Program-made: the position numbers and the translations under genes
Shown here: piece after piece, positions 1 through 9,995 of the stretch
Layout: the number at the start of each line of letters is the position of its first letter
Position numbering within the stretch: the stretch's first letter is position 1
The notes under the pieces: generated by a model
The model's database searches: none
What the model was told of the DNA's origin: nothing
What the model saw: the letters and a program-made list of their open reading frames with translations, nothing else
NCBI RefSeq assembly: GCF_000406145.1
Contig: NZ_CM001976.1
Span: 3,744,955-3,776,954, forward strand
Direction of reading: 5' to 3'
DNA length: 32,000 bases
Origin: Dickeya dadantii NCPPB 898
GTDB taxonomy: Bacteria; Pseudomonadota; Gammaproteobacteria; Enterobacterales; Enterobacteriaceae

Positions 1-172
1 AAGAAGCGGTGCTCAAAGAATTTACTGTTAGTTCATATGAATTAACTGTTGTCACTCTTCAAGACTTTCACAAAATATTTTAGTGAAGTGTCCTGCGAGT
101 GCCCACACAGATTGTCTGATTGATGTTAAAGAGCAGTGCGACCGGCCTGAGCCTGCTGCCGCGAGGTGGCGT
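1..172 (-). other. 5' external leader of an rRNA (rrn) operon; the 16S rRNA gene itself begins just left of the window
   Basis: The minus strand reads GCACTGCTCTTTAACATCAATCAGACAATCTGTGTGGGCACTCG ... AGTCTTGAAGAGTGACA ... TTAATTCAT ... AATTCTTTGAGC. This is colinear with the E. coli rrn leader as I remember it (GCACTGCTCTTTAACAATTTATCAGACAATCTGTGTGGGCACTCG ... AATTCTTTGAGC, followed about 10 nt later by the 16S 5' end). gmhB immediately upstream matches the E. coli gmhB-rrsH arrangement. Confidence 0.85.
102..135 (-). promoter_or_regulatory. rrn antitermination elements boxA (TGCTCTTTAACA, 124-135) and boxC (TGTGTGGG, 102-109)
   Basis: Both are exact matches to the canonical enterobacterial rrn boxA core and boxC, read on the minus strand. 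They are in the expected order downstream of P2. Confidence 0.85.
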
Positions 173-200
173 ATACTACGCTTTCCTCCTGCAGAGTCAA
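173..200 (-). promoter_or_regulatory. rrn promoter P2
   Basis: The minus strand reads TTGACT(195-200)-16 nt-TAGTAT(173-178)-ACGCCACC. E. coli rrnB P2, as remembered, is TTGACTCTGTAGCGGGAAGGCGTATTATGC. Here the sequence is TTGACTCTGCAGGAGGAAAGCGTAGTATAC. Confidence 0.8.
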
Positions 201-270
201 CGACTTTTTTCTCGTTTTCTCCGCCTGACACCGCGCTGCGTTTCCGCTGTTGCCGTGTCAGTGGATGCGC

Positions 271-325
271 ATTATAGGGATCCGAACGGGTTACACAACC
301 ACTTTCTCGATCTTTTTTTCCGTTC
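271..325 (-). promoter_or_regulatory. rrn promoter P1 with A-rich UP element
   Basis: The minus strand reads TTGTGT(293-298)-16 nt-TATAAT(271-276)GCGCATCCACTGACACGG. E. coli rrnB P1 is TTGTCA-16-TATAATGCGCCACCACTGACACGG. An A-rich tract (GGAAAAAAAGATCGAGAAAG) lies directly upstream where the UP element sits. Confidence 0.85.
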
Positions 326-347
326 GCGCATTTTTCCACCCTTACAG

Positions 348-914
348 CTATTTTACGCGCTTTTCGATCGTTTTTGGCAGGTCCGCCAGGCTATCTATTA
401 GCCAGTCAGCCAATTTTTCGCCTTCCTCGGTGACCGGTTTGCCGGTTTTAACCAATACTTTAGTTCCTACCCCTGCAGCCTGTGCCGCCTGCATATCTTC
501 CACTTTGTCGCCCACCATATAAGAAGCAGCCATATCAATGTGCAAATGGCGCTGCGCGGAGATAAACATCCCCGGCTGAGGTTTGCGGCAATCACACTGC
601 TGGCGATATTCTCCTTCACCGGCATCAGGGTGATGGGGACAATAATAGATGCCGTCCAGGTCAACACCACGATCGGCCAGCGACCAATCCATCCACTCGG
701 TCAGTTGCATGAACTGATCTTCGGTAAACTTGCCTCTGGCAATCCCTGACTGGTTGGTCACCAGTACCAGAGCAAAACCCATTTTTTTGAGCTCATGCAA
801 GGCGTCAATCACGCCGTCAATGAACTGGAACTGATCGACTTCATGGACATAGCCATAATCGACATTAATGGTACCGTCACGGTCGAGAAAAATTGCAGGG
901 ACGCTGTTTGCCAC
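348..914 (-). CDS. gmhB: D-glycero-beta-D-manno-heptose-1,7-bisphosphate 7-phosphatase
   Basis: The 188-aa ORF has a GTG start preceded by AGGAG. It carries the HAD motif FLDRDGTIN and the Zn-site pattern CPHHP...CDCRKP. It is near-colinear with E. coli GmhB ([25 protein letters not shown]...). Confidence 0.95.
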   Translation of the reverse strand: MANSVPAIFLDRDGTINVDYGYVHEVDQFQFIDGVIDALHELKKMGFALVLVTNQSGIARGKFTEDQFMQLTEWMDWSLADRGVDLDGIYYCPHHPDAGEGEYRQQCDCRKPQPGMFISAQRHLHIDMAASYMVGDKVEDMQAAQAAGVGTKVLVKTGKPVTEEGEKLADWLIDSLADLPKTIEKRVK

Positions 915-1000
915 TTACCTTTGCTCCTGATGGCGTAAATTGCGCTTAGTATCGCATGTTTTCATCACTAGAGAGAATGTCATCCCTGATGGGATCTCGA

Positions 1001-1029
1001 TTGACTTAGACGTCTAGACGCCTTAACAT
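1001..1029 (+). promoter_or_regulatory. metN promoter with tandem MetJ boxes in the spacer
   Basis: The sequence is TTGACT(1001-1006)-17 nt-TAACAT(1024-1029). The spacer holds two adjacent 8-bp met boxes, AGACGTCT (1008-1015) and AGACGCCT (1016-1023). The MetJ consensus is AGACGTCT. Confidence 0.75.
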
Positions 1030-1094
1030 CCCCTCCACATTGGGTCGGAATATTATGGTTTCTTATCCGGCCATCGTCATCTTTGATAAAATTT

Positions 1095-2126
1095 ATGATT
1101 GAACTGATTAATATTACAAAGGTTTTCCAGCAAAAAGGGCGCGCCGTCACTGCGCTGGACGACGTGACATTACGCGTGCCCGCGGGTCAGATTTATGGCG
1201 TGATTGGCGCATCAGGCGCAGGTAAAAGCACGCTGATTCGTTGCGTGAATCTGCTGGAAAGACCGACTAAGGGGAAAGTGCTGATCGACGGGAAAGACCT
1301 GATGAGCCTGTCGGAAAGCCAATTGACGCGCACCCGCCGTCAAATCGGCATGATTTTCCAGCACTTCAATTTGTTATCCTCGCGTACCGTATTCGGCAAC
1401 GTGGCGTTACCGCTGGAACTGGATAACACGCCCGCGTCTGAAATCAAACAGCGGGTGCATCAGCTTCTGGACCTGGTCGGGCTGTCGGATAAACACGACG
1501 CTTATCCGGCTAATCTGTCCGGCGGGCAAAAACAGCGTGTCGCTATTGCTCGTGCGCTGGCAAGCAATCCTAAAGTACTGTTGTGTGATGAAGCGACCAG
1601 CGCGCTGGACCCTGCCACCACCCGCTCTATTCTTGAATTGCTGAAAGACATCAATCGTCGGCTGGGGCTAACGATTTTGTTGATTACGCATGAGATGGAT
1701 GTGGTTAAGCGGATCTGCGATCAGGTGGCGGTGATCAGTGACGGCAAACTGATTGAGCAGGATACGGTCAGCGAAGTGTTTTCGCACCCGAAAACGCCGC
1801 TGGCTCAGAAATTTATCCAGTCCACCCTGCATCTGGATATTCCGGATGATTATCAGCAGCGACTGTCGGCGACGCCTCGTCCGAACAGCGTGCCGCTGCT
1901 GCGTATGGAATTTACCGGCCAGTCGGTTGATGCGCCGTTACTGTCCGAGGTGGCTCGGACATTCAACGTCAACAACAACATTATCAGCGCGCAGATGGAT
2001 TACGCCGGCGGCGTGAAATTCGGCATCATGCTGGCCGAAATGCACGGACAGGAAACCGACACTCAGGCAGCCATCGCCTTTCTGCAGCAGCACCACGTGA
2101 ATATTGAGGTATTGGGTTATGTCTGA
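1095..2126 (+). CDS. metN: methionine ABC transporter ATP-binding protein
   Basis: Walker [10 protein letters not shown], signature LSGGQKQR and a C-terminal NIL domain are present. It is near-identical over long stretches to E. coli MetN. The track start is TTG at 1083. ATG at 1095 gives [11 protein letters not shown], which aligns with E. coli MIKLSNITKVF. Confidence 0.95.
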   Translation: MIELINITKVFQQKGRAVTALDDVTLRVPAGQIYGVIGASGAGKSTLIRCVNLLERPTKGKVLIDGKDLMSLSESQLTRTRRQIGMIFQHFNLLSSRTVFGNVALPLELDNTPASEIKQRVHQLLDLVGLSDKHDAYPANLSGGQKQRVAIARALASNPKVLLCDEATSALDPATTRSILELLKDINRRLGLTILLITHEMDVVKRICDQVAVISDGKLIEQDTVSEVFSHPKTPLAQKFIQSTLHLDIPDDYQQRLSATPRPNSVPLLRMEFTGQSVDAPLLSEVARTFNVNNNIISAQMDYAGGVKFGIMLAEMHGQETDTQAAIAFLQQHHVNIEVLGYV

Positions 2127-2772
2127 AGCCATGCTCTGGTTGATTGCCCGCGGCGTTTGGGAGACCGTGGTGATGACATTCGTGTCCGGCTCTTTCGGTT
2201 TTATGCTGGGTTTGCCCGTCGGCGTGCTGTTATATATCACCCGCCCTGGGCAGATTATCGCTAATCCTAAGCTCTATCGCAGCATTTCCGCGTTGGTGAA
2301 TATCTTCCGTTCCATTCCGTTCATTATCCTGCTGGTGTGGATGATTCCTTTTACCCGAGTGATTGTCGGCACCGCAATTGGTCTGCAGGCAGCGATTGTA
2401 CCGTTGACGGTGGGGGCTGCGCCTTTTATTGCCCGCATGGTGGAAAACGCCCTGTTGGAAATTCCGACCGGATTGATCGAAGCAGCACGCGCCATGGGCG
2501 CCACGCCGTTGCAGATTATCCGTAAGATTCTACTGCCCGAAGCCCTTCCCGGCCTGATCAACGCCGCCACTATTACATTAATTACGTTGGTCGGTTATTC
2601 AGCCATGGGCGGCGCGGTCGGTGCCGGCGGTCTGGGGCAGATTGGTTATCAATATGGTTACGTCGGCTATAACGCCACCGTGATGAATACCGTACTGATC
2701 CTGCTGGTGGTTCTGGTTTATCTCATTCAGTTTTTTGGTGACAGAGCAGTTCGCGCGGTTACCCATAAATAA
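2119..2772 (+). CDS. metI: methionine ABC transporter permease
   Basis: It aligns with E. coli MetI from [16 protein letters not shown] (E. coli MSEPMMWLLVRGVWET). ATG at 2119 overlaps the metN stop, which suggests coupled translation. The track start at 2104 is probably too early. Confidence 0.95.
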   Translation: MSEAMLWLIARGVWETVVMTFVSGSFGFMLGLPVGVLLYITRPGQIIANPKLYRSISALVNIFRSIPFIILLVWMIPFTRVIVGTAIGLQAAIVPLTVGAAPFIARMVENALLEIPTGLIEAARAMGATPLQIIRKILLPEALPGLINAATITLITLVGYSAMGGAVGAGGLGQIGYQYGYVGYNATVMNTVLILLVVLVYLIQFFGDRAVRAVTHK

Positions 2773-2834
2773 CGGGTTTTATCATCGCGTCTATTATTCT
2801 TCGGTGCAGGTTAAAACATTAACAGAGGTAAAAA

Positions 2835-3650
2835 ATGGCAATTAAATTGAAATCTCTCGCGGCGGTTGGTGCGTTGATTGGTGCGCTGGCGCTGGCCGGA
2901 TGCGGTCAGGAGCAGAAGAACCCTAACCACATTAAAGTCGGCGTGATCGTCGGTGCCGAGCAGCAGGTAGCGGAAGTGGCGCAGAAAGTCGCCAAAGAAA
3001 AATACGGTCTGGATGTTGAACTGGTTACCTTTAATGATTACGTGCTGCCGAATGAAGCGCTGAGCAAAGGCGATATCGACCTGAACGCTTTCCAGCACAA
3101 ACCGTACCTTGACCAGCAGATCAAGGATCGCGGCTATAAGCTGGTTTCCGTCGGCAACACCTTCGTGTATCCGATCTCCGGTTACTCCAAAAAAATCAAA
3201 TCGCTGAATGATCTGCAGAACGGCGCGCAGATCGCCCTGCCGAACGATCCGACCAACCTGGGCCGTTCGCTGCTGCTGCTGCAGAAAGTGGGCTTGATCA
3301 AACTGAAAGACAACGTTGGCCTGCTGCCGACCGTGCTGGATGTGACTGAAAACCCGAAAAACCTGAAGCTGGTCGAACTGGAAGCGCCGCAGTTGCCGCG
3401 TTCTTTGGATGACGATCAGATCGCGCTGGCCATCATCAACACCACATATGCCAGCCAGATTAACCTGACCCCGGCCAAAGACGGTTTGTTCGTGGAAGAA
3501 AAAGACTCGCCGTACGTTAACCTGCTGGTTGCTCGTGAAGACAACAAAGATGCAGAAAACGTGAAAAAATTCGTAAAAGCTTATCAGTCTGACGAAGTAA
3601 ACCAGGCAGCGCTGAAAGTATTTAATGGTGGCGCGGTGAAAGGCTGGTAA
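2835..3650 (+). CDS. metQ: methionine-binding lipoprotein
   Basis: The 271-aa ORF has an AGAGG Shine-Dalgarno sequence and a lipobox LALAGC|G. It belongs to the NlpA/MetQ family and follows metNI as in E. coli. Confidence 0.95.
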   Translation: MAIKLKSLAAVGALIGALALAGCGQEQKNPNHIKVGVIVGAEQQVAEVAQKVAKEKYGLDVELVTFNDYVLPNEALSKGDIDLNAFQHKPYLDQQIKDRGYKLVSVGNTFVYPISGYSKKIKSLNDLQNGAQIALPNDPTNLGRSLLLLQKVGLIKLKDNVGLLPTVLDVTENPKNLKLVELEAPQLPRSLDDDQIALAIINTTYASQINLTPAKDGLFVEEKDSPYVNLLVAREDNKDAENVKKFVKAYQSDEVNQAALKVFNGGAVKGW

Positions 3651-3684
3651 GTTAATACTTACTTTATTGCACAAAAGAGATGAG

Positions 3685-3716
3685 AGACGGGCAACTGCCC
3701 GTCTTGTTATTTTCTG
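3685..3716 (+). terminator. rho-independent terminator after metQ
   Basis: A perfect 8-bp stem AGACGGGC/GCCCGTCT with loop AACT is followed by TGTTATTTTCTG. Confidence 0.8.
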
Positions 3717-3764
3717 TATTGCTTGCTTCAATAACCGCACTTTATCCAAGCCAGAGGAAAATTT

Positions 3765-4172
3765 ATGCGTGCTGTACCTGTTCTGCTGTTGGCGTTTTCG
3801 CTGACAGGATGTTCCCTGCTGCACAAACCTGCTGCGCCGGCACCACAACCGCAGACACCGGTGGCTGTGGAACCTCCGCCGAAGCCGAAGCCGGTCACGC
3901 ATCCCGCTCCTGCCGTGCTGTATAAAAGTGCTGAAGAACTGGTAGGCAAGCCGTTCCGCGATATGGGTGAAGTGTCTGGCTCATCCTGTCAGTCCAGCGC
4001 GCAAGATACGCCGCCTAGCATTCCGTCCGCCCGCAGAAGAATGCAGAATCGCGCCACCGCCATGAAAGCCAATGCCGTACTGCTGCATGACTGCCAGATC
4101 GTCAGTAATGTCGCAGGATGCTACCGTCAGGCCGTCTGCCAGGGTTCCGCACTGAAAGTTTCCGCGCAATGA
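3765..4172 (+). CDS. rcsF: outer-membrane lipoprotein sensor of the Rcs phosphorelay
   Basis: The 135-aa ORF has lipobox LTGC|S and a proline/lysine-rich linker. Its C-terminal domain (AEELVGKPFRD.GEVSG.SCQ...CYRQAVC.GSAL) matches E. coli RcsF. Confidence 0.93.
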   Translation: MRAVPVLLLAFSLTGCSLLHKPAAPAPQPQTPVAVEPPPKPKPVTHPAPAVLYKSAEELVGKPFRDMGEVSGSSCQSSAQDTPPSIPSARRRMQNRATAMKANAVLLHDCQIVSNVAGCYRQAVCQGSALKVSAQ

Positions 4173-4876
4173 GCCAATTTTGCTTTAATCAGATCGGCGT
4201 TATCCGTTCACCTTATAAAGAAAAATTTGCCATACCCCGACAGCCCGGTCTGATTAGGGATGGCGGTGGAGAATTACATCTCCTCTCGCCTTATAACCAA
4301 CCCGAGGCCGTACGCGGGCTCGAAGATTTCAGCCACCTGTGGCTGCTGTTCATTTTCCATCAGACAGCCTCCGCGGGCTGGCACCCAACAGTCAGGCCGC
4401 CTCGCCTGGGCGGCAATGCCCGCATGGGCGTGTTCGCCACCCGCTCAACGTTTCGCCCTAACCCGATTGGTATGTCGCTGGTTGAACTCAAAGCGGTACG
4501 CACCATGCGAGACAGCGTGATACTGGAACTGGGCAGTCTGGATCTGGTAGACGGCACCCCGGTCGTGGACATCAAGCCCTACCTGCCGTTTGCGGAAAGT
4601 CAGCCGCAGGCGCGCGCCGGTTTTGCCCAATTGGCGCCCGAAGCCGATATGCCGATCCATTTTTCCGCGCTGGCGGAACAGCAGCTGATGGAACATCAGC
4701 AACGCTACCCAAATCTGCGGCGTTTCATCAGCCAGGTGCTGGCGCAGGACCCCCGTCCGGCTTATCGCAAAGGGGAAGATGACCTCAAGGTCTATGCCGC
4801 ATTGCTGCTGGAATTTAACGTCCGTTGGCGCGTAATTGATGGGCAAACGGAAGTCATCAGCCTTAATGCCGGTTAA
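4169..4876 (+). CDS. trmO: tRNA m6t6A37 methyltransferase (YaeB/TsaA family)
   Basis: From ATG at 4169 it reads MSQFCFNQIGVIRSPYKEKFAIPRQPGL, which aligns with E. coli YaeB MSSFQFEQIGVIRSPYKEKFAVPRQPGL. The ATGA overlaps the rcsF stop. The track start at 4118 lies inside rcsF. Confidence 0.92.
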   Translation: MSQFCFNQIGVIRSPYKEKFAIPRQPGLIRDGGGELHLLSPYNQPEAVRGLEDFSHLWLLFIFHQTASAGWHPTVRPPRLGGNARMGVFATRSTFRPNPIGMSLVELKAVRTMRDSVILELGSLDLVDGTPVVDIKPYLPFAESQPQARAGFAQLAPEADMPIHFSALAEQQLMEHQQRYPNLRRFISQVLAQDPRPAYRKGEDDLKVYAALLLEFNVRWRVIDGQTEVISLNAG

Positions 4877-4991
4877 AAAACATTGCTGCGCCTTTTGGGG
4901 AGCGGCCCGCACTGGTAAACTAAACCACTTTTTCTGCCTGAACCACGTTGTGGTTAATGCTATTTATTTGTTCTGACGGAACTCAAACATC

Positions 4992-6710
4992 ATGCGTACA
5001 AGTCAATACATGCTCTCCACGCTGAAGGAGACACCCGCCGATGCCGAAGTCATCAGCCATCAGTTGATGCTGCGAGCCGGGATGATTCGTAAACTGGCTT
5101 CCGGCCTTTACACCTGGTTGCCGACCGGGTTGCGGGTGCTGAAAAAAGTCGAAAACATCGTGCGTGAAGAAATGAACAATGCCGGCGCCATCGAAATTTC
5201 GATGCCGGTGGTTCAACCCGCCGATCTGTGGCAGGAAAGCGGCCGCTGGGAACAATATGGTCCGGAGCTGCTGCGCTTTGTCGACCGTGGCGACCGCCCG
5301 TTTGTGCTCGGCCCGACGCATGAAGAAGTCATCACCGATTTGATCCGCAATGAAATCAGTTCCTACAAGCAGTTGCCGCTGAATTTCTATCAGATCCAGA
5401 CCAAATTCCGTGACGAAGTCCGCCCGCGCTTTGGCGTGATGCGCGCCCGTGAATTCCTGATGAAGGATGCTTACTCGTTCCACACCACGCAGGAATCCCT
5501 ACAGGTCACTTACGATGCCATGTACGCGGCCTACAGTAAGATTTTCAGCCGGATGGATCTCGATTTCCGCCCTGTACAGGCCGATACCGGCTCTATCGGC
5601 GGCAACGCATCACATGAATTCCAGGTGCTGGCCAGCAGTGGCGAAGACGACATCGTGTTCTCTACCGAGTCGGATTACGCCGCCAACATTGAGCTGGCGG
5701 AAGCCGTCGCGCCGGAACGCGGCCTAAGCGCGCCGACTCAAGCCATGACGCTGGTGGATACCCCGAACGCCAAAACCATCGCCGAACTGGTGGAACAATT
5801 CGCCGTGCCGGTGGAGAAAACCGTCAAAACCCTACTGGTGAAAGCGACCGAAGAAAGCGGCCATAAATTGGTTGCGCTGCTGGTGCGTGGCGATCATGAA
5901 CTGAACGAAGTTAAAGCGGAAAAACTGGAGCTGGTCGCCAGCCCGCTGACCTTCGCTACCGAAGAAGAGATCCGTGCGACGGTGAAAGCAGGCCCCGGCT
6001 CACTGGGACCGGTGAATCTGCCGGTGCCGGTCGTTGTCGACCGTACCGTGGCCGCGATGAGCGATTTCAGCGCCGGCGCCAATATCGACGGTAAACACTA
6101 CTTCGGCATTAACTGGGAACGCGATACCGCGCTGCCGCAGGTTGCCGATATCCGTAACGTGGTGGAAGGCGATCGCAGCCCGGACGGCAAAGGCACGCTG
6201 CTTATCAAGCGTGGTATTGAAGTCGGTCACATCTTCCAACTGGGTAAAAAATACTCCGAAGCCTTAAAAGCGACGGTTCAGGGTGAAGACGGCCGTAACC
6301 AAACCCTGACCATGGGTTGCTATGGTATTGGCGTAACGCGCGTGATCGCCGCCGCCATTGAACAGAACCACGACGACCGCGGCATTATCTGGCCTGACGC
6401 CATTGCGCCGTTCCAGGTGGCGATTCTGCCGATGAACATGCATAAATCCTTCCGCGTGCAGGAAGTAGCCGAGGGCATCTACCAGCAGTTGCGCGCCAAC
6501 GGCGTCGATGTATTGCTGGACGATCGCAAAGAACGCCCCGGCGTGATGTTTGCGGACATGGAACTGATCGGTATTCCGCACACCATCGTGATTGGCGACC
6601 GCAATCTGGATAACGACGAGATCGAGTACAAGCACCGCCGTAAAGGCGAAAAAGAGATGATCAAGGCCGGCGATATCGTCGAGTTCCTGCTGTCTCAGTG
6701 TGCCCGGTAA
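4992..6710 (+). CDS. proS: prolyl-tRNA synthetase
   Basis: The 572-aa ORF shows class II aaRS motifs and an insertion (editing) domain. Its length and sequence are typical of enterobacterial ProS. It follows trmO as in E. coli. Confidence 0.96.
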   Translation: MRTSQYMLSTLKETPADAEVISHQLMLRAGMIRKLASGLYTWLPTGLRVLKKVENIVREEMNNAGAIEISMPVVQPADLWQESGRWEQYGPELLRFVDRGDRPFVLGPTHEEVITDLIRNEISSYKQLPLNFYQIQTKFRDEVRPRFGVMRAREFLMKDAYSFHTTQESLQVTYDAMYAAYSKIFSRMDLDFRPVQADTGSIGGNASHEFQVLASSGEDDIVFSTESDYAANIELAEAVAPERGLSAPTQAMTLVDTPNAKTIAELVEQFAVPVEKTVKTLLVKATEESGHKLVALLVRGDHELNEVKAEKLELVASPLTFATEEEIRATVKAGPGSLGPVNLPVPVVVDRTVAAMSDFSAGANIDGKHYFGINWERDTALPQVADIRNVVEGDRSPDGKGTLLIKRGIEVGHIFQLGKKYSEALKATVQGEDGRNQTLTMGCYGIGVTRVIAAAIEQNHDDRGIIWPDAIAPFQVAILPMNMHKSFRVQEVAEGIYQQLRANGVDVLLDDRKERPGVMFADMELIGIPHTIVIGDRNLDNDEIEYKHRRKGEKEMIKAGDIVEFLLSQCAR

Positions 6711-6733
6711 CGCACGGACCAAATCGCAGACAT

Positions 6734-6764
6734 AAAAAATGGTGGGACATCCCACCATTTTTTT
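6734..6764. terminator. bidirectional rho-independent terminator between convergent proS and rpoS
   Basis: In AAAAAATGGTGGGACATCCCACCATTTTTTT, the GC core GGTGGG/CCCACC has loop ACAT. The A-run and T-run flanks allow it to terminate in both directions. Confidence 0.85.
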
Positions 6765-6788
6765 GTGTCATGTTAATTATTGTGCGAG

Positions 6789-7781
6789 TTATTCGCGGAA
6801 CAGCTCTTCGATGTCCAGCCCCTGCACCTGCAGGATCTCGCGCAAACGGCGCAGCCCTTCTACCTGAATCTGGCGAACCCGTTCACGAGTCAACCCGATT
6901 TCACGGCCCACATCTTCCAGCGTGGCGGCTTCATATCCCAGCAGACCAAAACGGCGGGCCAGCACTTCACGCTGTTTTGCGTTCAGTTCAAACAACCACT
7001 TAACGATATTTTGTTTCATATCGTTATCCTGCGTGGTGTCTTCCGGGCCGTTATCCTTCTCGTCGGCCAGAATATCCAGCAGCGCCTTTTCCGAATCCCC
7101 GCCCAGCGGCGTATCCACCGAGGTGATGCGCTCGTTGAGACGCAGCATGCGGTTAACGTCATCCACCGGCTTATCCAGCCGCTCGGCGATTTCTTCCGCA
7201 CTGGGCTCGTGGTCAAGCTTGTGGGACAGTTCGCGTGCGGTACGCAGGTAGACATTGAGTTCTTTAACGATATGGATGGGTAAACGGATGGTGCGGGTTT
7301 GATTCATGATGGCCCGTTCAATGGTCTGACGGATCCACCAGGTGGCGTAAGTCGAAAAGCGGAACCCGCGTTCAGGGTCAAACTTCTCGACTGCGCGGAT
7401 CAAACCGAGGTTCCCTTCTTCAATCAGGTCCAGCAGCGCCAGTCCCCGATTGTTGTAGCGGCGGGCGATTTTCACCACCAGCCGCAGGTTACTCTCGATC
7501 ATACGGCGGCGAGATGAAACATCGCCGCGTAGCGCCCGACGGGCAAAGTAAACTTCTTCTTCAGCAGTCAGAAGAGGTGAGTAGCCGATTTCTCCCAGAT
7601 AAAGCTGGGTTGCATCCAGCACGCGCTGAGCAGTTCCCTGCGAAAGCAATTCCTCGTCGAGCTGGTCGCTATCGCTGGTTTCTTCCTCCGCCAACGCTTT
7701 GTCGTCAAAAACGTCGATTCCATTCTCATCGAATTCAGCATCTTCATGTAACTCGTTAACTTTCAGCGTATTTTGGCTCAT
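6789..7781 (-). CDS. rpoS: stationary-phase/general stress sigma factor sigma-S
   Basis: The 330-aa ORF is intact. It is near-identical to E. coli RpoS across regions 2-4 ([53 protein letters not shown]). Confidence 0.97.
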   Translation of the reverse strand: MSQNTLKVNELHEDAEFDENGIDVFDDKALAEEETSDSDQLDEELLSQGTAQRVLDATQLYLGEIGYSPLLTAEEEVYFARRALRGDVSSRRRMIESNLRLVVKIARRYNNRGLALLDLIEEGNLGLIRAVEKFDPERGFRFSTYATWWIRQTIERAIMNQTRTIRLPIHIVKELNVYLRTARELSHKLDHEPSAEEIAERLDKPVDDVNRMLRLNERITSVDTPLGGDSEKALLDILADEKDNGPEDTTQDNDMKQNIVKWLFELNAKQREVLARRFGLLGYEAATLEDVGREIGLTRERVRQIQVEGLRRLREILQVQGLDIEELFRE

Positions 7782-7891
7782 AAGTGGCTCCTACCCGTGA
7801 TCCCTTGGCAGAATACCGAAATACTCTGCCCGATTTATCGCTGCGGAAGAAAACGCAGCGGGTTTACGGATTTCCCCTTGTAACGAATTTC
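7782..7891 (-). promoter_or_regulatory. rpoS mRNA 5' leader: inhibitory stem and sRNA (DsrA/RprA/ArcZ-type) pairing arm
   Basis: The minus strand reads GAAATTCGTTACAAGGGGAAATCCGTAAACCCGCTGCG...CGCAGCGATAAATCGG...CAAGGGATCACGGGTAGGAGCCACTTATG. It closely follows the E. coli rpoS leader as I remember it (AAUUCGUUACAAGGGGAAAUCCGUAAACCCGCUGCG...CAAGGGAUCACGGGUAGGAGCCACCUUAUG). It overlaps the nlpD 3' end. Confidence 0.65.
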
Positions 7892-9061
7892 AAAATGCAA
7901 GCGTACTGAACTGGTTCCGGTGCTACCCATGGTAGCGATTTGTTGACCCGCCTTTACCTCTTGTTGTTCCCGGACCAGCATGGTTTCGTTATGGGCATAG
8001 GCGCTCAAGTAGTCATCATTATGTTTAATGATGATCAGATTACCGTAACCGCGTAACGCGTTCCCCGCATACACTACACGCCCGGATGCGGTAGCGATAA
8101 CGGATTGCCCACGTGAGCCGGCGATATCAATCCCTTTATTTCCCCCCTCTGAGGCTGAGAAACTATCTATGACTTTCCCGTCTGTAGGCCAACGCCAGCT
8201 GGCAATTGCCGTGCTCGTTTGCGTCGGTTCGGTCGTCGGAAGCGTGGTCGCCGCTCCCGCCGTGGGCAACATCTTACCCACATTCTGTTTACCCGAACCT
8301 TCAGAATACGCATTAGTTGGTTGAGAATCAACCTGCGTCGTTTGCATTTGTGGTGACGCGGCTCCAGCCGCGGCCGCGCTGGCCGGCAGCATATGACCGC
8401 TGCTGCCGGCCGTATTATTGCCTGATAGCATGCGACCGCCGCCAGAGGCTTTGCCGGCATTTTCAGGCAGCATATGTCCGCTGCCGGCCGGGCTGCTTTC
8501 TACCGGCGCGGACGTTGTTACCGGCGCGGATGTCGTTATCGTGGTCGGCGCGCTGGCAATCGCCATGCCCTGGGTGCTGCCGCCGGCATTCATGTTGCTG
8601 CCGAGGCTTAACGACTGACCCACATTCAGGCTGTAAGGCTCCTGAATGTTGTTGCGCTGCGCCAGTTCGCGGTAATCATTACCGGTAATCCAGGCGATAT
8701 AGAACAGGGTATCCCCGCGTTTGACGGTGTAGGTATTACCGCTGTAGCTCCCTTTGGGGATGCTGTTATAGCTGCGGTTATAGACAATCTTACCTTCGCG
8801 GGTGGTGACCGCCGCATCGCTGGAAGGGTGGCTGATGACCGCCGAAGGAACAGGTTGAGTATTATTGTTCACGCTGCCGACGCTGGAAATACGCGGCGGC
8901 GGCGAATAGGTGGTGGTACTGCCCGAGCGGCTTCCTGCGCCGTTATCTCCCACGCTGCTGATCGGGGCCGCCTGATTATTGTCATTTGCACAACCGGCCA
9001 ATCCCAGAGTAATAACCGAACACACAGCGATCTGACGCCAGTTCACGATTTGGCTTCCCAT
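7835..9061 (-). CDS. nlpD: LysM/M23-domain lipoprotein, activator of amidase AmiC
   Basis: The start is refined to ATG at 9061 (Shine-Dalgarno GGGGGA). This gives [24 protein letters not shown]|A with a lipobox. The LysM segment [29 protein letters not shown] and the C-terminal M23 domain are near-identical to E. coli NlpD. The track start at 9151 adds 30 unsupported residues. Confidence 0.93.
   Translation of the reverse strand: MGSQIVNWRQIAVCSVITLGLAGCANDNNQAAPISSVGDNGAGSRSGSTTTYSPPPRISSVGSVNNNTQPVPSAVISHPSSDAAVTTREGKIVYNRSYNSIPKGSYSGNTYTVKRGDTLFYIAWITGNDYRELAQRNNIQEPYSLNVGQSLSLGSNMNAGGSTQGMAIASAPTTITTSAPVTTSAPVESSPAGSGHMLPENAGKASGGGRMLSGNNTAGSSGHMLPASAAAAGAASPQMQTTQVDSQPTNAYSEGSGKQNVGKMLPTAGAATTLPTTEPTQTSTAIASWRWPTDGKVIDSFSASEGGNKGIDIAGSRGQSVIATASGRVVYAGNALRGYGNLIIIKHNDDYLSAYAHNETMLVREQQEVKAGQQIATMGSTGTSSVRLHFEIRYKGKSVNPLRFLPQR
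8502..8537. repeat. tandem 18-bp duplication inside the nlpD linker (encodes TTSAPV x2)
   Basis: ACCGGCGCGGACGTTGTT (8502-8519) is followed directly by ACCGGCGCGGATGTCGTT (8520-8537). Confidence 0.85.
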
Positions 9062-9368
9062 GCGCCAAATTCCCCCTATAACCAAAAATGACGAAATCTG
9101 CCCGGTCCCGACGTTTATTTCCGTTCGGAACACCCTGATTAAGGCTGGCAATCATGCAGAGCGAGGAACGTAAAAACGATTACCGTTTATTTTATTCGTC
9201 GACGCAAACAGGCGGTACCATAAGGTCTGTCTGGCGATCACGCCATACCAACAGGGTCAAAACACGGACAACGACGGGACACAGCCTATCAATATCAATC
9301 CGTTATAACCATAAGACAGTTGTATTGAAATTTTAAAGACGGACTTTTTACCGAGACTGGCAACGGTA

Positions 9369-9995
9369 TCAGGCCAGTTCTCCTTTGACCAGCGGAACAA
9401 ACCGAACCATTTCCACCGTCTGGACGATAAACTCGCCGTTGCGGTGCAAAACGACCTGTAATGTCTGCTGCTCTTCGCCTACCGGTAATACCATGATGCC
9501 GCCTTCATCCAGTTGCGCCATCAGCGCGGACGGAATCTCCGGCGGCGCCGCCGTGACGATGATGGCGTCAAACGGCCCTTTGGACGCCCAGCCTTGCCAG
9601 CCGTCGCCATGACGGGTGGAGACGTTGTGCAGATCGAGTTGCTTAAGCCGCCGCTTGGCCTGCCACTGCAACCCTTTGATGCGCTCCACGGAGAAGACAT
9701 GCCGCACCAGATGTGCCAGAATCGCGGTTTGATAGCCGGAACCGGTGCCGATCTCCAGCACGCGGGACTCCGGCGTCAACTGCAGCAGTTCGGTCATTCT
9801 GGCGACGATATAGGGTTGAGAGATGGTTTGTCCGGAACCGATCGGCAGGGCGACGTTATCGTAGGCTTTATGTTCGAACGCCTCATCGACAAAACGCTCG
9901 CGAGGAACCGAGGCCATGGCCTGCAACAGGCGTTCGTCCTGAATGCCCTGCTGGTGAAGCTGCGCCAGCAACGTTTGCACGCGTTTATTCACCAT
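9369..9995 (-). CDS. pcm: protein-L-isoaspartate O-methyltransferase
   Basis: The 208-aa ORF is colinear with E. coli Pcm (same length). The SAM-binding motif [18 protein letters not shown] is present. Confidence 0.96.
   Translation of the reverse strand: MVNKRVQTLLAQLHQQGIQDERLLQAMASVPRERFVDEAFEHKAYDNVALPIGSGQTISQPYIVARMTELLQLTPESRVLEIGTGSGYQTAILAHLVRHVFSVERIKGLQWQAKRRLKQLDLHNVSTRHGDGWQGWASKGPFDAIIVTAAPPEIPSALMAQLDEGGIMVLPVGEEQQTLQVVLHRNGEFIVQTVEMVRFVPLVKGELA

Noticed and set aside
52-522. Four overlapping track ORFs (52-339 minus, 83-277 plus, 120-401 plus, 250-522 plus)
   Set aside because: They lie on the rrn P1/P2 promoter and leader sequence or run antisense into gmhB. They have odd composition, no ribosome-binding sites and no recognisable family.
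1083-1094. Longer N-terminal extensions offered by the ORF track
   Set aside because: The affected starts are metN 1083, metI 2104, trmO 4118, nlpD 9151, cysJ 22603, GH28 26378 and the MBL gene 29094. Alignment with E. coli orthologues, the positions of Shine-Dalgarno sequences, signal peptide or lipobox placement, and overlap with upstream genes all favour the internal starts reported in the features.
2811-3902. 363-aa minus-strand ORF antisense to metQ
   Set aside because: It fully overlaps a well-supported gene. It is Arg/Gln/Phe-rich low-complexity sequence, typical of antisense frames in GC-rich coding DNA.
9154-9336. 60-aa plus-strand ORF in the 307-bp pcm-nlpD spacer
   Set aside because: It has no ribosome-binding site and its composition is not protein-like. 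It lies opposite to the surrounding operon. The spacer is more likely nlpD promoter DNA.
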